From Octopus bimaculoides (Eukaryota), in the NCBI RefSeq assembly GCF_001194135.2, contig NC_068990.1, positions 64,048,884 through 64,112,883 of the forward strand: DNA of 64,000 bases, given 5' to 3'. Made by a program: the position numbers and the translations under genes. Within the stretch, counting starts at the first letter, position 1. Each line of letters begins with the position of its first letter. The notes beneath the pieces are model-generated. The model ran no database searches. It saw nothing but the letters and a program-made list of their open reading frames with translations, and was not told where the DNA came from. Shown here piece by piece: positions 24,939 through 38,030 of the stretch.

Positions 24939-25988
24939 GTGAGAGTTTCTAATTTTTTTTTTTTCAGGACTTGTGCACTTGAATCAATCAGAATCTCTTT
25001 TTCTTTTTTCACTTACAGCCTAAGTTGCATCAATCAAAGACTTTGTGACTGATAATTATTCCTGTTTCTTTAGTACCAATCCCCGACTTATTTCATCATG
25101 TTATAAATTTAATGTCCATGTTTGAGTTGTGAACAGATATAGATACACTCTTGAGCCAGTGAAATATCCTAGATGTTTTAGCTGTTATGCGTGTGTGTGT
25201 GAGAGAGAGAGAGAGAGCTGCACTAGATCTTGGTTGATGTTCATCTTCAGCCACGTAAACTGGAAGCATATGATATAAAGTGCCTTGCGCAAAGACACAA
25301 CACACTGTCTGGACCCGGAATTGAACACATAACTTTATGGTCATAAGCCAAACATCCCTAACTACTAGACTGTACAATGTTTTAGTAACCTAATTGATGT
25401 ATAGTGACGTATGAAGTAAGTAGTGCTTCAAGTTTTGAGAGGGTTTTAGTTTATACCTCAAAACAAGAACTTACCACCAGCATATCAATATTTCTATATT
25501 AATTCTATGTATGCTGATTGGTTGAAGTGGTGGCCTTCATTCACGTATTCAATATACAACTACCTGTGCCTCCCAAGAAAGGTAGCTTTATATACTTTCT
25601 TTACAAGAAATCATTATTTGTTAACCAAGGTCATTTACTACTACTGCTACTACTACTACTAAAATGATGAATATGTACATTGCATCCAGTAACTCAATCG
25701 ACCACCTATGTGCCATTTGTTTACTTCGTCTGCTATTTCTAGCAGGTTGAGCAACTATATAGAGGCATCCTTCACAGGCCTTGTAATGAAAGTAAGGCAC
25801 TATGGCTATTATGGAAATTTAAGTATTGACATGTATTTATCCTGTCAGATTCTCAAAAGCTTAGTAATTAATTAAAGTAACTCTTGGGCTTCAGTTTTTT
25901 CGTTTTGATTTTTGTTTTTTGTTGTCTTTTTGTGGAGGAAGATATTTTTCCATATCTTTTGTCTGAATTTCCAGAATATCATCTACAA

Positions 25989-26273
25989 CAGTGGTTCTCA
26001 ACCGGGGCCCACACAAGCAAAATAGTAAATTGGGGACCCACAGTAATATATTAAAGATCCATGAAAAAATTTTGGTTTAGATGTATTTATTGCAAGAAAA
26101 AATTAGGTTTACATAGTTCAACTTAGACAAGTTAATGTGTGCAAAGCAAAATAGGAAATTTGAAAGAAGTATCTATAAAACTAATTTTTAAACATCGAGA
26201 GGCTATGGGGGGTCCACCAGAATAAAATAGTAATCAAAGGGGTACATAGATAAAAAATGGTTGAGAGTCACTG
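25989..26273. mobile_element. hAT MITE, same family as 4536-4867, opposite orientation
   Basis: CAGTGGTTCTCAA / TTGAGAGTCACTG; perfect 8-bp TSD ATCTACAA; interior is the reverse complement of the 4536 copy. Confidence 0.9.
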
Positions 26274-27249
26274 ATCTACAATATTTAATCCAGCTGTAAA
26301 CCTTTTCCACTTTAAATCTATAGATTTTGAGCATTTGAGTATCTGTCTGTATATATTGTGTGCACACACACAATACGTACCTATACATAAACAAATATAT
26401 AGACAGAAATGTAGATAGATAAATTTGTGTATGGTTGTGCATATACAGTTGTATTTAACAATATATGTATCTATGTATGCACTTTACACATATAAATGTC
26501 TATGTGTGAATGTTTACGTATGTATATGATAATATACATGACACCCATGAGAGTGAGTGGGAGAATGCGTTTATCAGATTATATATGTGGATAGGTAGAT
26601 GTGTGAATAAATATGTATATGAATATATGTATGTTTTGCTTGTGGGTGGTTAGAAGTATATATGTAATATTCATAGAGATCAGAAGGCATAACACCATAG
26701 TTAATGAAACAAGTAACTTTTTGATTAAATTTTTCTACTTTTTTAATATTCTATTGCAAATATTGAAATTTTCAAACGCCATCTCAAAGTAACACATTGT
26801 TAGATAAATAATGGATATTAAACTCATACATATATCTACACCGACTCATAAAAACAAAACATTTTCTTTCTTGTTTTCCATTTTTTTTAAAGAACATTTT
26901 GAAAATAATAAAGCCACACCTCACATTTTGTTTATTGCTATTATTGTGACCGTTGCTGATGTTGTTACTAATAAATTGTTGTTATTGTTTGCTGTGAATA
27001 GTTACATTTCACAGAGCTTCACTTAGAAAATGATTTCTAGCAGGATTTCTTACGTAAAAACGTTATATTTTGGTTCTTTTTTTTCCAAGAAAAGACTTCT
27101 GAATATTCAAAACTTCCACCTCATTACCTGGGGTAGAAAAGAAGCTTCCTTCTTCAATATTTTTATCATGTACATATATTTTGGAAAATATCTATTTTGC
27201 TATGTTTATTGGTGACCATACTGAAGGTGCATGGCTCTGTGACTAATGT

Positions 27250-27570
27250 GAAGGCACATGGCTCAGTGGTAAGTGTGTCAGGCTCACAATCATGAGGTAG
27301 TGAGTTTGATTCCTGAACCAGATTGTTGTGTTCTTGACCAAGACACTTTATTTCATGTTGCTCCAGTTCACTCATCTGTAGAAATGAGTTGTGACATCAC
27401 AAGCTGTATCGGCCTCTGCCTTTCCCTTGGATAACATTCGTAGCATGGAGAGGGGAGGCTGGTATATATGGGTGGACTGCTGGTCTTCCATAAACAACCT
27501 TGCCTCAGAGGAGAACTTTCTAGGTGCAATCCCATGGTCATTCATGGCCGAAAGGATCTTTACCCTTTAC
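27250..27570 (+). mobile_element. tRNA-derived CORE-like SINE, family B, tail type 2
   Basis: Colinear with 16915-17230. Confidence 0.85.
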
Positions 27571-28859
27571 ATAGTCACCTCAGCTGCGATGAGAGGAATT
27601 GCTCCTCTTGTGATGATGAAGAGTTGGTAGTAAGTGAAGCAGAGTTAGCAGACTGCTGGAAAGAGGGCAAACGACAAGAAAAGGCTCCATCACTAACAAA
27701 AAAAAAGAAAATAAATAAACAGACAGCTACATTTCAACAGAAGGCAAGTAAAACATATGAGAAGCCTGTCTCCTTTAATGTTGCCTTATAATTCATATTT
27801 CTTTGCAAAAACAAACAAAACTGATGAATAACATAAAAGACTTACAGAATTATATCAGGACAAATTCAATGCAGATTATTGAGGTGACTGGATCTGAATG
27901 CAAGAAACTTGGTATGATAGGATACTAATGAAAACCTTCAAACAATACTAAAAATAACTTTACATAATCAACCACCAAGACAAGGGTCATTTGAAACAAG
28001 CAAGTATGTAGATTCTGACACCAGAAAAATAATGGTGGAGGGAGAGAGAATCAAAGTTATAGGAGGAACCTTGATCTGACTCTAGAATAGAGGTGTCTTA
28101 TCTGTATGTTGATAGGTTATCCAATTCAAGGTTCACATTTCTTATTTAGATTTCTTTATTTAATTTAAATAATCTTATTCTAATTATTATGTTTTATATA
28201 ACCCTAAATCTTTGTGTTTTTAAATTATATCAAATTTTTAACAAGTTGACCACCAATCATTTTCATATTCTGAGTTCAAATTCTGCCAGGGTCGACTTTG
28301 CCTTTCATCCTTTTGGGGTTGATAAACCAAGTACCAGTTCAGTACTGGGGTCACTGTAATTGACTTACCCGCTTCCTTGAACTTGCTGGCCTTAAGCCAA
28401 AATTTGAAATTAATGTGTTGACCAACCATGCAGATGCCATCTCTCATTGACTCAAAGTAAATTCAGTTGTTGTTTAGCTTCAGATCAGTCTTGAAAAAGT
28501 GTTTCATCCTGTCTTTTTGTATATCAAGAATTACATTGTTCTATATATTCTTTATAGTGGTAAGATGTGATTTTGGAGAATATCGTGCTACTATTTCTTG
28601 CAGGTCAAGCAAAATTCTTGAACATTGAGATCAATATATGTTGACATTATCATACTGACTTGATAGCAATACGACAGGAACAATTCATTCTTTCTATCTC
28701 GCATTCTCTCTCTTGCACTCTGGTTCCTTCAGAAAGATTGTTGATCTAAGAGACAGTGTGAAATATGAGTTACTTTGAGAGGGTATGATCAGTGGAGAGA
28801 GGTAGGTCTGGTACTATTCCTCCCCACTTCCAGAGGCGGGTTTTTTTCATCTTGCAAAG

Positions 28860-29160
28860 TATTCTGTAACCCTGTCAGTGCTGGTGTCATGTAACAAGTA
28901 TTAGTGACAATACCATGTAACAAACAATGCTTTTGCTGGTGCCATATAAAAAGCACTGGTACTGGTGCCACATAAAAAGCAATGGCGTTGGTGCCACATA
29001 AAAAGCATGCAGTACACTTTGTAGAGTGGTTGGCATAAGGAAGGTCATCCAGCTGTAGAAACCAAACCAAAACAGACTATGGAACCTGGTGTGGCTTCTG
29101 ACCTTGCCAGCTCCTGTCAAACCATCCAAACCATGCCAGCATGGAAAATAGATGTTAACC
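28860..29160 (+). mobile_element. RTE-family 3'UTR-only copy with three stem-loop repeats
   Basis: TGGTGCCA(C/T)ATAAAAAGCA x3, then GAGTGGTTGGCAT...CAGCTGTAGAAAC...AGCATGGAAA as in 48590-48750. Confidence 0.8.
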
Positions 29161-29490
29161 CTTTAGTGTTCAAGTTAATATGTCAAAAGTAATCCTTATT
29201 CATTTACATTTAAAAAAATTAATCTGGTATTATCTTGTAGCTTCAAGATTTGAAAGATGTAATTATTTTATTTTTAGAATGACATTGCAGGGTAGGTGTG
29301 AGATACTGGTTCTGGCCAGTTTGAGCATAAAATGAGTAGAATATTTGGGCCGGATATAGCCGACGATGACATCGACAATGATGACAAATTCTTTCAGCCC
29401 AAATCAACAAAGAAAAGAGGTGTTAAAGTAATGACGTTGATAGATATATATAACAGAAATTATAATGATTTTCAATCTATTTTGTTTTGC

Positions 29491-29566
<76 letters not shown>

Positions 29567-31434
29567 CAAGTGGTCCTCTTTTGATAAAACAGTCTCTTAA
29601 ATACTAGATCAATACTGACTTTAAAATTTATATTTCAAATCATTATGCTGTCCCTCCCAGCTATGAGTAACTATATTTATGTTTGTCTTTGTCTGAAAAC
29701 AATTTGCTCTCACATCAGGTTTCATGTTGAGTGGTTAGCATTATAAAATAACAGATGTCTGGCTATAAAATTCAACTTTTAACAATTTTATACAAGTTTC
29801 AAAATTTGCAGTTCCATTCACACCCATTATAGAATATAAAAAGTTAAATAATAGCAGTCAACTGAATTAACAAACTCTACATATTTCAGAATGGCTATTC
29901 AGCTATGAAATATTTTTCAAAGCAACAAGAAAAAATTCTGATACTTTATATATATATTTATATATATATATTCAAATATGAATCAAAAACAGCTTGAGCG
30001 TTGTAAACAATATCAAACACACGTACACAATGTATGCGTTTGCTAGTTTTCTGGTCGACTGTGATTCAACACAGTGGAGATGACTTTTGAAAAGCACCAG
30101 GTGTTAAAACACCTAAAAGTCATAGACAGGCAAGACAACTCACTCCAGATCCCATCTAGGAGCAATAGACATCGATACTCCGCCATTTTTGTGCCTTCAT
30201 GACATCATGTACCTGAACCAAATCAGAGGCAAACTGAATTGCCTGTCCATGACTGTATGCAAGACAGTGTAAAAATCATCTGTTTCTATGCTCCGATGAT
30301 GCATACTTAGGAATAAATTAAAATATCAATTAGATGCTGAGCTAATGTTGTAAACATTATGGAATACACATAGTGTATGTGCCTTGTTTGTTCGCCATAG
30401 GCTGTGATTTGATGAGGTGGGACACTAGCACTGCTTCTAATTGATATTTTAATGTGTGTGTGTGTGTGTGTGTATGAAAGAAACTAGCATTCAACATATT
30501 TGATTGGAATTATATATATTCCATAACATTTTGCCTCAGTTCCACCTGACAAAGTTTTGTGGCACTTAGGACACGTGCAGCTCATCAAATATTTGGAGGC
30601 AGAATCTGCCTCCGAACATCTAATGAGATGTATAAATCTTAACTAGGTCTACTCCAATCTTCATCTTCCAGAAGTGAATAAAATAAGAATTGTATCCTAG
30701 AAGACAGCACCCTAGATTGGCTACATTCCAATCAATAAAACCTTTCAAAAAATAAAAGTATATGTTTTGGTAATAACTCGTACTCATAAAGTAAAAAGAT
30801 AATTTTTAAATTAACAAACATGTTTTAGAAAGGAAATATTTGACTGAAATAAAACAAATATAGTGACAATAACAATAAATTTCAGTTAGATAATTACTTT
30901 ATTGGAATTTTCTTGAATTACTACATTTTCATTGTAAATCATTTCCTTGTTATTAACATTAAAGTGCGTTTGACTAATGCATTTTCTGTGTTAAGTTTCT
31001 GTATTTTTTATTAGTTTTGCCACCAAGGACTTGACAAACTCTCTCAGTGCTGGTGCAGTGAATAAATGCACCCAATACTTGAAGATAATAAGAGGAAACA
31101 TAAATTTTAGGGGCTCACTCTTGTCCAGTCTCATTGAGAACTTCATAACCTCTCTAGTGCTGTTGCCATAATAAAATGCACTTTGTCCAATCTTTTAAGT
31201 AGTTTGTGGTAGAAAGGACATCCACCCTTAGGAACTAAGCCAAAATGTGACATAGACTTCAGTCTGTGAGACCAGTGACTCTCAATATGAACTTATTTGT
31301 ACTGTAATGACACATCTATACTATGCCAGCATAGATAGTAGATGTCAGATAATGATGAAGTGTAAAATTTTCTAAATTTGATAATTATCAAAGGTAGTCA
31401 AATCTTGTCAAATTTTCCCAAACTTAGTGATTTT

Positions 31435-32250
31435 TGCCCAAAGTCTTTCAATATAATGTCTGGCCTATTTGCACCTATCTTTCTGTCAGTTTGAATGGTG
31501 AAGTTCTAGAGGAGTGAGATGTGATCATTTTCAAGCGCTGGAGGTGGTTTGTGTTCCCACCAGTTTTTGTCATGGGGCAAGTCCAGGTTTTTGCAAATTA
31601 CTCAGTGAATATATTGTGCAGCTCTGTCATATCTGCTGAGATATACTGTAGGTGCAAGAACACTGCATATGGAGACAACATGATCAATGGTTTCATTTTG
31701 TTGTTGACATACATGACATGTTGAGCAGCTGCCATTCCTTAATATGTTGGCCAGGTAGTTTCTTGTAGGTAGGCATTGATCTTGGGCTGCTATGATAAAC
31801 CCTTCTGTTTCTGATTTTAAGCCAGAAGCCATTAACCATTGATGGGTAAGGGCTTTGTCAACATCAGCATTATTAGCTCTCTTTGGGTATTTGCTATTGA
31901 GAGGTTTTTCTTGCCATTTATCAGTAAGAATATCTAAGGTAGCAGTATTAGCATGGGTCTTCATACGCTTAGCTTTATCTGTGCTTGTTTCTAGTATGCC
32001 TAATTCTGGAATTTGTTGTATTTGGAATTCACTTAGATATTCCTTTGCCTGTTTTGTTACTGAGTATGATGCTTTCTTGTTTTCATGTTTTGAGACAAGT
32101 TTTAACATCCAGTCCTCAGAATTTTTCAGGTAGGTGTCTAGGCCAATTGTAGCAATCTTCATTGTTAATTCCAGTTGTAAAAGTCCACGGCCTCCCTCTT
32201 TTCTTGGCAGATAAAGTCGTTCTATATCCCCCTTAGGGTGGTGCATTCTA
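31435..32250 (-). mobile_element. R4/Dong-like RLE non-LTR retrotransposon fragment (post-RT region, zinc knuckle, start of the restriction-like endonuclease)
   Basis: HPKGDIERLYLPRKEGGRGL; ETEGFIIAAQDQ; CHVC...ETIDHVVSIC; then W(*)NFTIQTDRKI..NRPDII after a frameshift. Confidence 0.88.
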
Positions 32251-33314
32251 TCATCATCATCATCATCATCATTATTATGCTCAGCTCACATTTTTGAATA
32301 AACAATCTGTGACTATGTTGATGTAAGGATTAATGATTTAATGTTGATAACCTCACTCTCGTTAAAAAATGCAAATTATAATAATTTCTGAAATATTTTG
32401 AGACTTGCACAGTTTTAAATTAGCCAGGATAAGCCTGAATCTTTATTTAAGGTTATCTGAATACTTGAAATTTGAGAATTTGGATGACCCCATTTTATTA
32501 AAAAATGCAAATTTTCAAAAAATTTTCAAATATGTTAGAATTTCTAAAATTTATCCACTGATTCTCATTCAAATTAGTTAGTATATGATTTAATTATATC
32601 TAGAAGCATATTTGTAGAATTAAGATTTTATAACTTTGTTAGTATTTGAAATATGGCTATTTTGATAATACAAATGTTGTCAAAATTTGTGAGTATGTTA
32701 AAATATTCTTAAATTTCTCCAGAGTTATACTTTCAAATTTAGCTGATAAATATTAATTTTATTTCGTTTTTGTATTTGATTTGAAAGATTCTTGATGTGA
32801 ATTTATGTGTTGCAACAAATCTTGTGTCTTGAGAGGGTCATTATGCCAATGATAATAATACATGCACTGGTTCAGTATCATTTTGTTGTTAGTCAATTGG
32901 TTAAATATCCATTAAACCAACTAACCAACCAATCATTTGTTTAATGTGCTGGTTAAACAATCATTCAACTGTTTGTTAGTCAAAGTACTTTCATCGCTAT
33001 TGTTATGGCGAGAATCATGACACCCCCTATGATAATGGACTAGCCAAACTCATACAAGTAGCATGTTTGACTTAGAGTGAGAGATGAGAAATTGCAGGAA
33101 GTCGAAAGTTGTCATTCGTGAGTTTGTGGAGTCACAGGAAACTGGTGAGAAGTTGCTATAGTGCATTGAGAGTTGTTTGGAATTGGTTACAGTTCTTAGC
33201 AGAGTATTTGGGAATGCATCAAGTGGAGACAGTTTGTGTCTGGAGTAAATTTACTTGACAAACCTCTTCTAACAAAATTCTGGTCTTGTGTCTATGTTAG
33301 AAACAACTATTTAA

Positions 33315-33526
33315 CACTTTACTATTTAAACCAGCCATATCCAATCAAAATATTCTACTTGTTTTATGTTTAAACTGGCCATATCTGTTTTATCACACCT
33401 ACCCGACAATGTCATTCTAAAAAATTAAGTTACCTCATCAAAATCTCATAGCTACAAGATAATGCATGATTAATTCAAAACAACGTGAATACATAAGCAT
33501 TCAGAGTAATCTAAATACTAAAAGGA
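33315..33526. mobile_element. piggyBac-like MITE
   Basis: TTAA|CACTTT...AAAGGA|TTAA; a partial reverse copy starts at TTAACCCTTT near 29157. Confidence 0.7.
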
Positions 33527-34784
33527 TTAATTCTAACCATAGATTTTAGAATTCATTTATTATAACTTTTTTAATGCTTGACTATTATGATGACTTCAAT
33601 CCTATAAAAAATGCTAATTTATATGATTGTAGGACATATCAGGACTAGAATTTTCTCTAAAGTTACTAATTCTAATTAACTGAAACAAGCTTTAATTATT
33701 TATTTGTTCCCATCTGCATATTTTCAAATTTATAATTTACATGTTAGATGATGGACGAAATTTGACTATTTTAATTATCCTTTTCCTGGTGAAATATCCA
33801 TGATTTTTAAACATTTTAGAATTTCCCAAATATTCTCCACTGCTAATTAACTGTGAGAAGATTTAATTATCTAGCTATAATTATACATCATGGAATACAT
33901 AATTTTTCACTTGGTTAAAATTTGAATTTTAGCAATGAAAATGCAAATTTTTATAATTTCAAGATACAGAAAAATTTTCTCTGATTTTTTAGACTTATTC
34001 ATTCAGATATACACTTTTCCCCCTCTTTTACTGGTTTCAGTGATCACATTGTGGCCATGCTAGAGCATTGCTTCAACAGTTTTTATTCAATCATATTGAT
34101 CCAATATTTATTTCAGTTTGGTACATATTGATCTCTATTTTTTAATTAATCTATTATGGTTATTTTACGTAACTAGACACAGCCGATGCTAGTTTGCACA
34201 GTACACATAAGCAAATACACAGTCAGAGATACACACACATAGACATACATACACACATATGTATGTGTCTCTTCTGCATTTAATCTTTCAAGTTGTTCCT
34301 CTGAAGAAGGAGCTGGTTTCTAACAAAGATACAAAGCTCTATCTTTGAAATGTAGATAACAAAAATAATTTCACATTTTAAGCCCGAGAAATGTCTTGCA
34401 TAGTTTCACTGTTCTTCTTACAGATTGTATTTGTAATGTGCAAAATCAGTTGGTTGATTTCTTTTTCTGAAAATCCAAGCTTATCCAGACTGGTAGTTAG
34501 GCATTTACTTACAAAACCAAGTGCTCCAATTATTATTGGTATAAATGTAAATTTGTAATCTGGATATAGAAGCTGGAGCTTTCAAAGAAAATGCATGTGT
34601 GTGTGTGTGTATGAATACTCTGTCTCCAAACATCTAATGGTGTGTTGTATTCTATACCCATGAAATTTTAAATAATGGTGGAGCAAAGTCAAACTGTTAG
34701 CAGATACTTGTAACTCCTACTAAATGTGTTGAGTGCTACTTTCTATCATTTGTTTGTTCACTGTGTGCATGTGTGGATAGATAG

Positions 34785-35105
34785 TGAAGGTGTGCGACTT
34801 AGTGGTTAGGGTACTCAGCACATGATCATAAGGTTGTGAGTTCGATTCCCAGGGGTGTGGTATGTCCTTAAGCAATACACTTTATTTGACATTGTTCCAG
34901 GCCACTCAGATGGCAAAAATGAGTTGTACCTGAGTTTCAAAGGGCCATCCTTGTCACATCCTGTGCCACACCGAATCCCCCTGAGATCTATGTTAAGGGT
35001 ACATGTGTCTGTGGAATTCTCAGCCACATGCACATTAATTTTGTGTACAGGCTGTTCTGTTGATTGAATTAACTGGGACCCTCATTGTCCTAACCGATGG
35101 AGTAC
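34785..35105 (+). mobile_element. tRNA-derived CORE-like SINE, family B, tail type 3
   Basis: TTAGTGGTTAGGG...GAGTTCGATTCC head and CORE-like block, then a tail unlike those at 12575 and 16915. Confidence 0.75.
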
Positions 35106-36069
35106 GATTAATTAGATAGATAGACATATGCATATATAAGCTGATTTCTTCATAATTTCTGTCTACCAAATTCCACTCACAAAGAATTAGTTAAACTGAG
35201 ACTAAAGTAGTTAAGTAGGTGCTACTCAGAAGCATTCATCATCATCATCATCATCTAACTTCCGCTTTCCATGCTAGCATGGTTCGGATGATTTGACTGA
35301 GGTCTGGTGGATCAGGAGGTGACACCAGGCTCCAATCTGATTTGGCAGAGTTTCTACAGCTGGATGCCCTTCCTAACGCCAACCACTCCAAGGGTGTCAT
35401 GGGTGCTTTTACGTGCCACCTGCACAGGAGCCAGTCCATCGGCACTGGCAACGATCTCGCTCGGATGTCTTACTGGCAACGGCCACTGTGATATAAACTT
35501 ATTCACCATACAATTATACCAGTGCCTAGATAGGATAGAATTTCTAAAAAACTGAGACAAGTTCAATTCTTTACTTGAGAACTTCTAAACACTTTATAAT
35601 ATTTTCCAATTTTGTAGTGATGTAAAATTTGGCAATTTTCATATTAAAACCACACATTTTATTAATTTTCAGTTAGGCTACAATTTTTGGAATTTCTCCA
35701 GTCTTACTCATGTAAATCACTTATAGCAAATTTTAATTCTTTATTTAGGTCTGTGCATGCATCGAATTGTTAATTTCCATCTGTTGTCTAGACAGGTCAA
35801 GTTTCTATCAGCTGCTAATATCATGTAACCCAGTACAAACCCCTCCATTGTGAGGTGGTTGGTAATTAACTATTAGGCCATCAACCCCACCCAGTTTACT
35901 GAGTGAGGACGATACATAGATCCCTATCGTATTACAATGATGCAAGTCAAAGGGCAGAAGAGCTCCTCACAGAAAAACCAATGGGTGTCTGTACCTGTAG
36001 AGAAGTTAGATGCCAGTAGATTATCTACCTATTGAAATTTATACATAATTGAGGTGAAATTAGATTGTA

Positions 36070-36490
36070 TCATTGGTATGGTCATGTTGTGTAGTAAGAA
36101 GTTTGCTCCCAAACCACATGGTTCCAGACTTGAGTGTCTTCTGCTATAGCTATGGGCCAACTAAATCTTTATGAGTAGACTTGGTTGGTGGAAACTGAAA
36201 GAAATCTATCGTGTGTGTGTGTGTATGTATGTGTATGTACGTGTGTATTTGAGTGTGTGTGTATACATGTGTGTGTCTTTGTGTCTGTGTTTGTCGCCCA
36301 CCACCACCTGATGACTGGTGTTGGTGTGTTTACGTCCCTGCAATCTAGCAGTTCAGCAAAAGAGATCAATATATACGTACCAGGTTTAAAAAAAAAAAGG
36401 ACTGTGGTTGATTTGTTCAATTAATATGTGTCAAGGCCATGCCTCAATATGGCTGCAGTCTAATGACTAACAAGTAAGAGATGAGAGAAG
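36070..36490 (+). mobile_element. Family C SINE
   Basis: GAGTGTCTTCTGCTATAGC...GGAAACTGAAAGAA, (GT)n, GGTGTGTTTACGTCCC, GGCTGCAGTCTAATGACT tail. Confidence 0.8.
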
Positions 36491-36614
36491 ACAAGAGTGT
36501 CGCAAGCTATAAATTTGTGGTCCCCTTAAGCTCTTCTACAGAAAGACTTGAACCAGAAAACATGTTATTGAAAAGCAAACTCCTTCCTCACACAGCAATG
36601 CCTATGCCTATTCT

Positions 36615-36852
36615 TTTATTCTTTTACTTATTTCAGTCATTTGACTGCAGCCATGCTGGAGCACTGCCTGAAATGTTTTTTTAGTTGAAGAAATCGACTC
36701 CAAGACTTGTTCTTTGAAAGCCTAGTACTTATTTTATTAGTCCCCTTTGTTGAAATAAGTTACAGGGATATAAACACACCAACATCAGCTGTCAAGTGAT
36801 GGTGGAGGGGACAAACACAGACACACACGTATGCACATACGCACACAAATAT

Positions 36853-36931
<79 letters not shown>

Positions 36932-37080
36932 TACACAACAGGTTTCTTTCAGTTTCCATCTACCAAATCCACATATAAGGCTTTCAGCCCAATGTTATAG
37001 TAGAAGACACTTGCCCAAGGTGCTACATAGTGAGACTGAACCTGGAAATATGCTATTGGGAAGAAAGCATCTTCTCATTA
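36615..37080 (-). mobile_element. Family C SINE, inverted relative to 36070-36490
   Basis: Reverse complement of the family C consensus, with an expanded (TA)n. Confidence 0.85.
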
Positions 37081-37515
37081 TGTGAACATGTGTGCCCCTA
37101 ACCACACATATGTGTATGCTTATATCTTCGTCGATGGTTGTATGAGCGAGTATACATGCACCATACAGCTTGCATGAGGGTATTTATACATCCATATCCA
37201 TCAACAGTTATTTTTAATACTCTTCCCACTGTATTGCATGTTTGTTTCTCTTTTGCATCTGTTATTTTACTTTTGGTCTGCTATACAAATGAAGATATAT
37301 CCTTTAATTTGCTGCTTTTCTTTACATGTAAAGAGAAGGTACATTGCAGAATGAGTTATATCTATTTATCACTTGAAGAAACACATCTACACCGCTGGAT
37401 GCTCTTGAACCAGTTGTTAAGTATCCTACCCATGAGGGATCGGTGTTAGATGTGTCAAAACAATTGTCATGATTAATAAAAATTCTCATATGTTCCATCT
37501 TCTGTCTTTCATTTA

Positions 37516-37556
<41 letters not shown>

Positions 37557-37793
37557 TACAGAGTTCACCAAAAAAAAATATGTACACACTTCAAGAAAGG
37601 AAACGTCTGTATAAATATTTTAATTCAGTGTTATTGCAATTTGATAAAACATCAGAAGAAGTATCTACATTTATAGAGGTATTTATACAAATTAAATATT
37701 TATACAGCTTTTTCCTTTCCTGAAGTATGTATACAATTTATTGTCAGACTCTGTATGTATGTATGTATGTATGTATGTATGTATGTATGTATG

Positions 37794-37870
<77 letters not shown>

Positions 37871-38030
37871 CCAAGCAGGCATCAGACTGATTGAGCTCAG
37901 CCAGACACACTGTGTCCTGTCTTCTTCTCCCATGTGATATCGTTGGTCATCATCAACAATGACTGATGAACTAATAACATATGTTTCAATAACTGTTCTA
38001 TGTTTATGTATCTGTTTTGCAAGATTCCTG

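Noticed and set aside
30594-30625. Hairpin GGAGGCAG-AAT-CTGCCTCC as a Helitron end or terminator
   Set aside because: No clear CTRR terminus or matching 5' end, and intrinsic terminators do not apply here.
32300-34000. AAATTT-rich stretches suggesting phased A-tracts
   Set aside because: I cannot show periodicity by eye, and the very low GC content may explain them.
34290-34360. CTGAAGA...GAAATGTAG, a second hammerhead-like motif
   Set aside because: The closing pairs of stem II are weak, stem III is absent and stem I does not pair; at most a very decayed relic.
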